A DNA stretch of 63,365 nucleotides, counting the filler, from Octopus bimaculoides (Eukaryota): NCBI RefSeq assembly GCF_001194135.2. It is 4 parts of 4 records of this genome, joined end to end, with 100 filler letters (N's around TTAATTAATTAA, not from the genome) between each part and the next. Parts side by side here need not be neighbours in the genome. Positions count along the whole stretch, not along the records: positions 1 to 23,913 come from NC_068981.1; 3 more parts are not named here. The stretch is one strand, 5' to 3'. Below are positions 1 through 10,535 of the stretch, piece by piece. Position 1 is the first letter of the stretch; each line of letters begins with the position of its first letter. The notes beneath the pieces are model-generated. The model did not search any database and was not told where the DNA came from. It was given only the letters and a program-made list of their open reading frames with translations. The position numbers were made by a program, and so were the translations under genes.

Positions 1-960
1 TTAAAATAACGAACTTTTAGATTCCAAATCCCATGCCAACAACATTTGAGAGAATGCAAATAGTATTCTTTTATTTGTTTGGGTTCTTTGACTGCGGTTA
101 TGCTGGAGCACCGCTTTAAAGTATTATAGACGAAGAAATTGGGCCCTTATTCTATCGGTCTCTTTTACTGAACCACTAAGTTACGCGGACGTAAACACAC
201 CAGCATCGGTTGTCACGGGCTTCTTTCAGTTTCCGTCTACCAAATCCACTTACAAGGTTGTGTTCGGCCCGAGGCTATAGTTGGAGATACTTGCCCAAGG
301 TTCCACGCGGTGGGACTGAACCTGGAATCATGTGGTTGGTAAGTAAACTTCTTACAACAGAGCTGCGCTTGCGCCTATGTATAAGATTTTCTAGCTGTTT
401 CTCATTTTCCGCATAAATCTTTATATCATCTATAAAAAGGAGATGATTTTTCTGACCTTATTCTTTTCTCAAATCGTAAGATGTTTTAACTTTCTGCAAT
501 ATCAAACTGAAGGTTATTATCGCCAATACAATGAATAATGGCGATAAGTTATCGCCTTGAAATATTCCACATCTGATGTTCACTTTTCAAGGTCTTTGTT
601 TTCCTCCAATTACTTCAGTATTCCAATGTTTCATACTCCATATTTTCTGCCACTCCAAACATACACGTTGTTTAACTTATCCAACCGTGCGGTACCATGT
701 CATATGCTTTTTTTGTAACCTAACCATGCTATATTCAGTCACATCAATCTGTGTCTACAATTACTAATTCTCATTCTATCAAATAATTAGTGGTCTTTTG
801 TTGCCCTACTTTATTTCCTGTATTCTTTCTGCTCTCATGGAAGTAGATTGTTACTTTCTAGAATATTATATAGCTTTTCCGCCTAGACACCCTTGATAAG
901 CTTCCACATAAGTGGTAGACAAATTTTAGGCCGAAACTTTGATGCCAACGTACCTTTCAA
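1..960 (-). mobile_element. R4/Dong-clade non-LTR retrotransposon RT fragment, degenerate, interrupted by a SINE
   Basis: Minus-strand translation gives AWLGYKKAYDMVPHGW, CGIFQGDNLSPLF and NHLLFIDDIKIYAENEKQL, and continues after the SINE as VGMGFGI. Many stops and frameshifts. Confidence 0.8.
63..376 (-). mobile_element. tRNA-derived SINE, family 1 (CORE-like central region)
   Basis: Matches copies at 39397 and 54058. Has pol III A/B box-like head, CCTTGGGCAAGT core and AAGAATA tail. Confidence 0.85.
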
Positions 961-999
961 GAAATTCTCGAGACATAACAGCGTTCCTTCTTTTGTCAT

Positions 1000-2995
1000 C
1001 TAGGTAGGGACGTGCTGCAGCCATTCATCCAGTTGGGCAGCGATCCTTTTATGCAGCGTTTCGCAAGCACTAGCGCCCATTCTCGACGACTATGAGATAT
1101 TCTCATCCTGTGGTTTGTCGGGAGCGGGCGGCGAGGTAGTATTACTATTCCAAAAGTCCTTATGTCTCAAAGTACCGGCAATATTTATGGACCCGGACAG
1201 TAGGTTGGTGGTCCTAGACGTGAATGGTAGAGAAGGCCCGACAGGTCTGGAAAGCCAAATCTCTTCAGGCGTCTTGAAACTTTCCTGAGAACGTCTCACC
1301 TATTAGTACTAGAGACTGGAATAGTGTTTTGGATCACAGAGTGACTATGTTGGGCTAGTATATAGAAGTGGGTGCAATGGCCTAGAAAACTTGCTCAGAA
1401 ACTTTCAGTTTTCTGAAAGATATCGACTAGCTTTCACTGATATGCCAATGTGGATATGGAGCAACTACTATGGGTGTCCAGATAGTATCTAGATACTGTA
1501 TTTGTTAGATCAGAGGAGAGGGATAGCGTAGGTTATCCAAAATTTAAATCGGTCGGCTACACAGACCACAAATGTGTGGTCTGCACAGTCGTGTTAGATA
1601 AGACCCGTAGTCAGGGACTCAGTTACAGGAAATTAAATGCTTTCTTACGGCATGCAAAGACTATAGGGGCTAGATTACTGAACTAGTTAAGCGTCAACAA
1701 CCAGTGGTGGATGAGCCTAAAGGTGCTGAGTAGAACAGAATCGATAGCGTTTAGCAAAGAGTTAGAAATAGAAAGGAATAGATTACGGGGTGAACTAGTT
1801 AGAAAATTAGAAGAGGCGATTAGTAAAGGCATCGCGACTGATGTGTTAGCGGCGAGAATGGTCCTTGATTATATCTTAGAAGCGAAACAGTAAGGTTGCG
1901 TTGTCAGACTAAGGCCCGTTTGCTCAAACAAGGAGGAACTAAAGCTATCCGATGGGCCCGAAAGGTGAAACGCGACGTGGAAACAAAAATCACGATCAGG
2001 TCTTTGATCAATTAGGATAGGCGCGTGCTGCTTGACTCAGAGCTGATGTGTGCAACTCACCAGCAGCACTTCATGCAGATGTTTGAGGAGAAAATGGATC
2101 GAAGACGATAGTGGCTTTAGTTAGTAATCGGACAGTCTACAGCGGCTCTCACTAGCTGACATGAGGTTATGTGAAAAGCCGATAACAGCCACAGAAATTC
2201 GGGAGTTGATGAGCGATTGCACACGTCACAAATCATCGACTTTGGATGGTCTAGCTTATGAATTCTATGTATTCATGCCAAATTTGTTTGTTGACCTCTT
2301 AGCAGATGTACAGCGCAACTGGCAACAGAACGAGAGTATTCCCAGTGTTGTTAGCTGTGGTGTCGTTACACTGCTGATGAAGAACGCCGACGGAGATGAC
2401 GTACTAAGGAATTTTTGACCCATAACTCTGCTAAACACATAGTTTAAGATTTTTTTCCAAGGTGTTAGCGAAAAGGTTGGCGCTTGTCGTTGGTCACCTG
2501 ATCGGGAAACGCAAACATGCGCATTCCTGAACAGGTCTTATCCACAACAACCTTCACCATACGCGATACATTATAGAAAGGGATATGACCAAAGCTGGCT
2601 TCTGGGGTGCTCTGCTCAATTTGGATCAATCCAAATCGATCAATCGAGCATTAGATAGCGTCAACCATCGCTACTTGGAAGCTGTCCTGGAAGCAGTCGG
2701 TTTCGGGCCCGTTTTCAGAAGCTGGATCGCCGCAATGCATAGCGGCATCTGCTCAGTTGTCGAAGTAAATAGCCACTTATCGGAACCGTTTGCACTCTCG
2801 GTCTGGCAGGCTGCCGGCTGTCACATCTTCTGTATGTATTGGCTGCGGAAGTTGAAACAGTTAAGGGGCATTCCATTGGAACTGGGACACGGAAGAGTAG
2901 TGTTGCCGTACACGGACGACATAACATCATGGTGTCCGACGCCTCCGAACTGGAGACGGTCGGCACCATTCTAGAAAAATATGCATCGGTTGCAG
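1000..2995 (+). mobile_element. L1/Tx1-clade LINE ORF2 remnant (APE endonuclease and RT)
   Basis: GRLVVLDVNG and DWNSVLD (APE region), then ITATEIRELM..DGLAYEFY, PITLLNT, ALLNLDQSK..DSVNHRYLEAVL and YTDDIT across frameshifts. Confidence 0.85.
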
Positions 2996-2999
2996 GGAA

Positions 3000-3760
3000 A
3001 AAAATCTCTTGATTTTGGCAGCTTTCGCTTTTATCCTTTTGTTTTAATTCTTCATTGCTCTTCTTGTTGCAGCCAGTAGTTTCTTTTGATTGCTTCTTGG
3101 AATCCAGTCTTATACATATTCTCGTGATTAAGAATCTCTACCCATGCAAGATCTTTTCGCAACTGGTCTACCTGTCCCTGTAATCGTCTTTTCCACTAGG
3201 GTTTTCTTTCTTTTGGGGTTGTGATACCTTCACGCTAAGTTTTTCCATTACTAGCATGGCTGCAGCATATACGCTAATTTGTTGGTCATGGTGATACCAC
3301 TACTTTTTATCATCTCCAAGACTTGATTAACTATCTATATCTCATTATTTTATTCTTTGCTTTTTTATTGACAGTAATCTTTTTCTTTCATCTGATTAGG
3401 TAATATCATGTAGCCTAGGGCCAATAATTTGTCAATCAAAGAATTTATACTCTGGTTTTCCGTACACATAGGGGTGTCTTGTGATACGTAGTAACCGAAC
3501 ACCATGTCTTTGCTTTGAGTGTCTTTGACATTTATCTTTCTTATATTGTTTTACGTTTTCTGTCTGAAAGACACTGCGTTTGATTTTTTAGAACTGTATT
3601 TGAATTAATCAGTCTTTCTTTATAATCTATCTTACCTGGTCATTTAGTCTCTGCCATATGGCATCAAACATTTCATTTTCATGCCATATCTCTCTCCATC
3701 TGTCCGTATAGCAAAATCTGGGAGGTTCACGTTGGATGTTACATGCCATCAGAGTGGCAT
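3000..3760 (-). mobile_element. R4/Dong-clade element, N-terminal region; probably the same copy as 1-960, split by the L1/Tx1 insertion
   Basis: Minus strand reads WREIWHENEMFD..QRLNDQVR, KPQKKENPSGKRRLQGQVDQLRKDLAW and QRIKAKAAKIKRF. Same strand and collinear with the RT piece. Confidence 0.7.
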
Positions 3761-4254
3761 TCAAGCCTGATTCAGTGGATCTTTCCTCGTTTCTTTCGTA
3801 CTGCAATAACTAGATGATAACTGATCCTACCATGCCGTGCTGCAGGCCTCCTGCCAAGCGAGAGGTCTTCACCGTTTTCAATTCCAACCTTATTCACGCA
3901 TTTGCATTTGATATTTTCACTCATAATAAGGGTTATGATTATGAAGTAACATCGCCACACACTTCAAGAAATGCTTTACACTGCATATGTTCTTCTGTAT
4001 GTTCCAGAGACATAGTTTTGTGGTTATTGTGTAATTGTTGGCTTGAAGTTGCTGTCCGATGTTACTGGCTTTTTGTAGGGCAAACAATAAATGCCAAAAT
4101 ATGCCTTGGAGAAGCTTCAAATAAGAGATATAAGCTCGACTTCCTTGATGATTCAGTAAGAAAAATCATGCGTTCGCTAAAACAACCAAGTACTATCACA
4201 ATACACACAATATCGAACAAGAGATCTGGAATCTGAGAAATATAATAATATAAA

Positions 4255-4711
4255 AATTCTAAAGCCGAGAGACTGTTGGGGTCTCTGCATTCAGTTTGCT
4301 GTTACGGTTCGAAAGGTTAATTAAGGAAATATCATTGCTCTGAATAAATTCATGGGTACTAACTGTTCTGAGTATATTGTTTTTAATATTTGCGTGGGTA
4401 TTATTCTAAATCTCTTACAGTAGTGTCATTGTGGACGCATTCAAAAGGGGTTTATATTTTGTGATAAAATATGAGGCTTTGCTAATGCGGTGATTATAGG
4501 TTGCATCGTCCTTGAATTTATAGAGGGGAAAATTCTGAATTTGCCTTGTTTGTTAGTAGCGCTTATATCGATTTGTTCGCTGTATGCTATTTTTCTGTAT
4601 TCCCGAATTTTAACCTGGGATCTATGTAGAGTCATCCTTTGACGTAGACTGTTTTTGATTTGGCCTATGTTTTGCTCTCGACATCCTGAGCAATTTGATA
4701 CATATATTAGC
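4255..4711 (-). mobile_element. Penelope-like element GIY-YIG endonuclease and 3' region
   Basis: LIYVSNCSGCREQNIGQIKNSLRQRMTLHRSQVK..SEQIDI is a decayed GIY-YIG motif of the Penelope type. Confidence 0.8.
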
Positions 4712-4714
4712 TGT

Positions 4715-4891
4715 CCGTAAAAAATATGCGGATGACATAAATGTGGTATATGCGTCAACCTAATTGAGGGATCGGAGTTCTCTTTCAAATAGGGTCAACG
4801 TTTTACAGTGGAAAACAACTTTACATATGCTTCGGGGAACCTAATATATGTATTAACTTGCTCTGAGTGTCGAGTGCAATATTTAGGCTAA
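4715..4891 (+). mobile_element. Second Penelope-like fragment (Cys knuckle and start of GIY-YIG), head-to-head with the previous one
   Basis: Plus strand reads KICG*HKCGICVNLIEGSEFSFK*GQRFTVENNFTYASGNLIYVLTCSECRVQYLG. Confidence 0.8.
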
Positions 4892-4903
4892 ATCATAAAT
4901 AGT

Positions 4904-5075
4904 CTTCTTCTTCTTCTTCTTCTTCTTCTTCTTCTTCTTCTTCTTCTTCTTCTTCTTTTCTTTCTTCTTCTTCTTTTTTTTCTTTCTTCCTCCTCTTCCT
5001 CTTCATCCTCTTCATCCTCTTCATCCTCTTCATCCTCTTCTTCCTCCTTCCTCCCCTCCTTCCTCCTTCCTCCCC
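4904..5075. repeat. (TTC)n/(TCC)n microsatellite
   Basis: Directly visible; runs into an N gap. Confidence 0.95.
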
Positions 5076-6871
5076 NNNNNNNNNNNNNNNNNNNNNNNNN
5101 NNNNNNNNNNNNNNNNNNNNNNNNNNNNNNNNNNNNNNNNNNNNNNNNNNNNNNNNNNNNNNNNNNNNNNNNNNNNNNNNNNNNNNNNNNNNNNNNNNNN
5201 NNNNNNNNNNNNNNNNNNNNNNNNNNNNNNNNNNNNNNNNNNNNNNNNNNNNNNNNNNNNNNNNNNNNNNNNNNNNNNNNNNNNNNNNNNNNNNNNNNNN
5301 NNNNNNNNNNNNNNNNNNNNNNNNNNNNNNNNNNNNNNNNNNNNNNNNNNNNNNNNNNNNNNNNNNNNNCCCTATAGTGTTTATAGTTGAGGGCCTGAAA
5401 TCATGGGGTGAAAGTTTATATCAATAGTTGTAATAGCAGTTGATACTAAATTAGTAAATGCTTTAAATCTCCTGTCAGTTAACAAGATACTGCATTATCT
5501 TCCGTAATTTTTTCCGTTATTTTATAGTTAACAAGTTGCTGAATCCCTATAGGTAATGGGGAGGGGGTTGTGGTCATTCACGTAATTTAATTGGTCAGCT
5601 AATTCATTTGAAAAGCCATGACACTGCTATGGTTAGTTAGTGGTGAACAGATAATACAAACAAACTATATAAAAAATTATATGTATGAAAATATTGAAAG
5701 AAATAATTCATATTTAACTATGGGTAGGTATGAGAGTAAAAATGTATATTGAGACTTGATTCAATTACATTAAATTAAATTAAATTATATTAAATTAAGA
5801 ATTATAGAAATAAAAAGTTGATGAGCGTATAGGTTAGTGAATATAATATAACAGGTTATTTTGATATGACTAGGGGATGTGGTTTTTAGATTATTTATGA
5901 GAAATAAGGTATTACAAATGTATGAAACCGTATATTATTGCAAATGTGAAAACGTGTATCTGTCTAATTAGGGGGTTTACATGTGCATTTACTAAAATAT
6001 ATGAGCAATACAGGTGGAAATTCTATGATAGAAATTATAAGTACAATTTTTTTTTCTCAATGGATAAGATATTAGAAGGGACTAAATAAGTTATTTTTCC
6101 TAGTTGTTGTTATTCATCGTTAAAATATGTTTATAGTATAATATATTTCATCAGATACAATACAAGGCGTTATGCAATAGTGTTGAGTTGTTGACTTAAT
6201 CATCTAATCATTTATATATTTTTAGACCATCTATTTATTTAATTATTTAATTTTAATTATTTAATTTTAGTTTTAGTGCTTTATTTGAGTGGGGCTACCA
6301 GCTAATAGTAGAATGTTTATATTTCACTATTTTTATTTTTATTTTTATCGGTGCCATTTTTTCCTAACATTATTTAATAGTTGAAGGGGGATAACTCTTT
6401 ATTCACCTTTATGAAATGAAAGATATTTAAAATCATCAGATAATAAACTAATCAGCTAATAAGCTAATGGATCAATCAATCCATCAATCAATTGGTTGTG
6501 TATCAATGCTTTCGTTCCTATATATATATATATATATATATNNNNNNNNNNNNNNNNNNNNNNNNNNNNNNNNNNNNNNNNNNNNNNNNNNNNNNNNNNN
6601 NNNNNNNNNNNNNNNNNNNNNNNNNNNNNNNNNNNNNNNNNNNNNNNNNNNNNNNNNNNNNNNNNNNNNNNNNNNNNNNNNNNNNNNNNNNNNNNNNNNN
6701 NNNNNNNNNNNNNNNNNNNNNNNNNNNNNNNNNNNNNNNNNNNNNNNNNNNNNNNNNNNNNNNNNNNNNNNNNNNNNNNNNNNNNNNNNNNNNNNNNNNN
6801 NNNNNNNNNNNNNNNNNNNNNNNNNNNNNNNNNNNNNNNNNNNNNNNNNNNNNNNNNNNNNCATATACTTA

Positions 6872-7183
6872 AGACTTAGCTGTGATCTGAACATAACCAC
6901 TTCTGACACAGAGACTCGGGAGCCCTTTTGGGCATTCTATTTTCCTTGCTGGAAGGGTTCTCAACCCATGGGAAAAGAGGGGTTAGATGATGGGGGTGAT
7001 GTTTTCAAAGGGCTGGCATGTGTAACCTGATTACCTCTGCCGACAAACTCCCAACCCATGCGCTCCCTTCGCGACACTGATTCTGCCCAAATTTGACGTC
7101 GATGTTACTTAGTTTGGTTTGAAATAAAGAGCTTGATTAGCTTAATAATCTTAATCCCGGGCAAAGTCGGGCTATATTGCTAG
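6872..7183 (+). mobile_element. Probable non-autonomous Helitron 3' end
   Basis: GC hairpin CCCGGGCAAAGTCGGG (7156-7171), then CTAG followed by T about 10 nt downstream, the standard Helitron 3' signature. The 5' end lies in a gap. Confidence 0.5.
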
Positions 7184-7274
7184 TATATATATATAAATAT
7201 ATGTATGCATACACACATACATATACACAAGCATATACACACATACATGTGCAGATACATATATATGCACATAC

Positions 7275-7632
7275 AAATTTATGATTCAGTCTAGGGGGTA
7301 GTACTAAATAATGTTATTACTCTGCATATTTGTGGGTTTTAATTCAATTATTCAATTTTATTATTAAAGATGGGCTAGTCTATGTGTTGTTGCTTAAGGT
7401 ACATTAATATGTACACTCACATACACCAACACAAGTATTACTACACACACACACTTACATACAGATATATATATATATATATATATAAAATTTATGAAAA
7501 TTTATGATTCAGTCTTGAGGATAGTACTAAATAGTGTTAATACTTTGCATATTTGTGGGTTATAATTTGGTTATTTAATTTTATTATTAAAGATGAGTTA
7601 AACTATGTGTATTTGTTTAAGGTATATTAATA
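7275..7632. repeat. Diverged direct duplication of about 135 bp (7275-7410 and 7498-7632)
   Basis: Both copies run AAATTTATGATTCAGTCT..TAGTACTAAATA..TGCATATTTGTGGGTT..TTTTATTATTAAAGATG..TTAAGGTA.ATTAAT. Confidence 0.85.
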
Positions 7633-7672
7633 GATGGGTTATTAATGTCATTAGTTAAACCATGTTTGTGTA

Positions 7673-7747
<75 letters not shown>

Positions 7748-8934
7748 NNNNNNNNNNNNNNNNNNNNNNNNNNNNNNNNNNNNNNNNNNNNNNNNNNNNN
7801 NNNNNNNNNNNNNNNNNNNNNNNNNNNNNNNNNNNNNNNNNNNNNNNNNNNNNNNNNNNNNNNNNNNNNNNNNNNNNNNNNNNNNNNNNNNNNNNNNNNN
7901 NNNNNNNNNNNNNNNNNNNNNNNNNNNNNNNNNNNNNNNNNNNNNNNNNNNNNNNNNNNNNNNNNNNNNNNNNNNNNNNNNNNNNNNNNNNNNNNNNNNN
8001 NNNNNNNNNNNNNNNNNNNNNNNNNNNNNNNNNNNNNNNNNNNNNNNNNNNNNNNNNNNNNNNNNNNNNNNNNNNNNNNNNNNNNNNNNNNNNNNNNNNN
8101 NNNNNNNNNNNNNNNNNNNNNNNNNNNNNNNNNNNNNNNNNNNNNNNNNNNNNNNNNNNNNNNNNNNNNNNNNNNNNNNNNNNNNNNNNNNNNNNNNNNN
8201 NNNNNNNNNNNNNNNNNNNNNNNNNNNNNNNNNNNNNNNNNNNNNNNNNNNNNNNNNNNNNNNNNNNNNNNNNNNNNNNNNNNNNNNNNNNNNNNNNNNN
8301 NNNNNNNNNNNNNNNNNNNNNNNNNNNNNNNNNNNNNNNNNNNNNNNNNNNNNNNNNNNNNNNNNNNNNNNNNNNNNNNNNNNNNNNNNNNNNNNNNNNN
8401 NNNNNNNNNNNNNNNNNNNNNNNNNNNNNNNNNNNNNNNNNNNNNNNNNNNNNNNNNNNNNNNNNNNNNNNNNNNNNNNNNNNNNNNNNNNNNNNNNNNN
8501 NNNNNNNNNNNNNNNNNNNNNNNNNNNNNNNNNNNNNNNNNNNNNNNNNNNNNNNNNNNNNNNNNNNNNNNNNNNNNNNNNNNNNNNNGGTGAGTGTAAG
8601 GAATTGGATGGGGTGGAGTGGGAAGGTTGGGTAGGAGTGTGTTGGGGTGGGGACGATGAAGGGGGAAGGGGAAGATGGATATAAGAGAGGGGGAAGGTGG
8701 GTATGGATGGGGGGCGAACGAGAGTGAAAGAGAAGAGAGTGAGAGTGAGAGAGAGGGAAAGAGAGAACAGAGAGAGAGAGAGTAAGAGAGAAGAGAGTGA
8801 GAGAAAGAGGAAGAGAGAATAGAGTGAGAGAGAGTAAGAGAGTAAGGGTGAGAGAGTAAGAGAGTAAGAGTGAGAGAGGGGAGAGTAAGAGAGAAGCGAG
8901 TGAGAGAAAGAGAGAGGAGAGAAAGAGTAGGGGT

Positions 8935-9156
8935 GAAGAGAAGTGGGAGTGAAGAGAAGTAGGAATGAAGAGAAGTAGGAATGAAGAGAGGTAGGAGTGA
9001 AGAGAAGTAGGAGTGAAGAGAAGTAAGAATGAAGAGAAGTAGGAATGAAGAGAGGTAGGAGTGAAGAGAAGTAGGAGTGAAAAGAAGTAGGAATGAAGAA
9101 GTAGGAATGAAGAGAGGTAGGAGTGAAGAGAAGTAGGAGTGAAGAGAGGTGAAGAG
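8935..9156. repeat. 16-bp purine-rich minisatellite (GAAGAGAAGTAGGAGT), about 14 units
   Basis: Units read directly; variants recur with a period of 4 units. Confidence 0.9.
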
Positions 9157-9162
9157 ACGTAC

Positions 9163-9300
9163 ATGTTTCAGTCCGACAGTATCCTTGAATCATCAACATT
9201 CAAACTATTGGAGATGTAAGAAAGCATATATTGCCAGGTATCTCCAGGGAAACGTAAGTATATTTCCCGGGCTTGAATTACGAAATAGCTAATTTCAGGA
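9163..9300 (-). pseudogene. Putative first (leader) exon of a second, probably disabled C-type lectin paralogue
   Basis: Ends ...CAA GGA TAC TGT CGG ACT GAA ACA T|GTACGT (QGYCRTET, phase 1), mirroring the GAA ACT G|GTAAGG exon end at 9960. An in-frame TGA lies just upstream of MLMIQGYC. Confidence 0.35.
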
Positions 9301-9493
9301 CTGTATTTCGAAACTTTGGTTGATTTGTTGATCCGTTTTTTTTAAAATCCTTATTCTTATAAGTATCACTTTTACTTTGCATTACTTTTCCATNNNNNNN
9401 NNNNNNNNNNNNNNNNNNNNNNNNNNNNNNNNNNNNNNNNNNNNNNNNNNNNNNNNNNNNNNNNNNNNNNNNNNNNNNNNNNNNNNNNNNNNN

Positions 9494-9527
<34 letters not shown>

Positions 9528-9593
9528 TAAGAGAGAGAGAGAGCGTGTTGTGTGTGAATGAATATGTGTATTAAATTGTAAAATGTTACTCAC

Positions 9594-9773
9594 GCGATGA
9601 TGTTACGGTTTGTAGATAGTTCATTACTTCGGAATTTTTAACGTGTATAAGTTGTCCTCGATCCTTATTGCAATTGTCTGCAGCTTGATTCCATGTAATT
9701 GTCGTCCAACCTATTTGATAACATAATCTCAATTCTGATTGGTAAGTGTAGCCGGCTGACGTAGGACATTCAG
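9594..9773 (-). CDS. Exon encoding the N-terminal half of a long-form C-type lectin domain
   Basis: 180-nt phase 1-1 exon with acceptor TTTCTCTTGTCTTCCTAAAG and donor GTGAGT. It reads ECPTSAGYTYQSELRLCYQIGWTTITWNQAADNCNKDRGQLIHVKNSEVMNYLQTVTSS, i.e. the CTLD pattern CP..GY..CY..TW..A..C...G.L. Confidence 0.85.
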
Positions 9774-9959
9774 CTTTAGGAAGACAAGAGAAATACGTTT
9801 CATGTGTTAGATCATTTTGAAAAGTAGTAAACTAATGTTAATTTCAGGGCGCTACTAACTATCAACTGACTCAGAAATGTTTCTCCTTCTCAGTGCACCC
9901 CAAATAAGACTGATTTACAGCTGCACACTGACGAGTAGAATTAGTAGACATTTCCTTAC

Positions 9960-9966
9960 CAGTTTC
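9960..9966 (-). CDS. Visible 3' tip of the upstream exon of the lectin gene; the rest is in the N gap
   Basis: GAA ACT G|GTAAGG is a phase-1 donor compatible with the 9773 acceptor, giving E-T-A-E-C-P. Confidence 0.5.
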
Positions 9967-10286
9967 NNNNNNNNNNNNNNNNNNNNNNNNNNNNNNNNNN
10001 NNNNNNNNNNNNNNNNNNNNNNNNNNNNNNNNNNNNNNNNNNNNNNNNNNNNNNNNNNNNNNNNNNNNNNNNNNNNNNNNNNNNNNNNNNNNNNNNNNNN
10101 NNNNNNNNNNNNNNNNNNNNNNNNNNNNNNNNNNNNNNNNNNNNNNNNNNNNNNNNNNNNNNNNNNNNNNNNNNNNNNNNNNNNNNNNNNNNNNNNNNNN
10201 NNNNNNNNNNNNNNNNNNNNNNNNNNNNNNNNNNNNNNNNNNNNNNNNNNNNNNNNNNNNNNNNNNNNNNNNNNNNNNNNNATCAC

Positions 10287-10293
10287 ATTTATA
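10287..10293 (-). promoter_or_regulatory. Possible TATA box of the lectin gene
   Basis: TATAAAT on the minus strand just upstream of the gap that should hold exon 1. Weak evidence in AT-rich DNA. Confidence 0.25.
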
Positions 10294-10535
10294 AGAGACC
10301 TTATTTCGTACATGACACACCAATTTCGTTATAAACCATATTGTAGCTTTAATGTCTTGTATAATTTCTAACTATAGCTGATTGAGAAAATTGCAGCAAA
10401 GGGATGGTCATTTAAAAACTTCAACCTTCCAATAATCACATTGATTGGGAGATTCTTAGCAAATCGTTTGTCGCTGCATAAGAGACGACTGAATCTTTAA
10501 TGAATCTTTAACTATCGACTGAAGTGTTTCACAAG

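Noticed and set aside
4262-4300. Hairpin AGAGAC/GTCTCT in the Penelope 3' region as a hammerhead
   Set aside because: The flanking CUGANGA and GAAA boxes are too degraded to call.
5370-6460. Possible nuclear mitochondrial insertion, suggested by AT richness and G skew
   Set aside because: I could read no mitochondrial protein, tRNA or rRNA motif in either strand; short look-alikes (WGYQ, LLTDR, AFTK) do not extend.
8935-9156. CRISPR-like array
   Set aside because: Contiguous tandem units with no unique spacers, in eukaryotic context with no cas genes.
7617-9199. Long ORFs of 300-515 aa here and at other gaps
   Set aside because: They consist of N runs and microsatellite translations.
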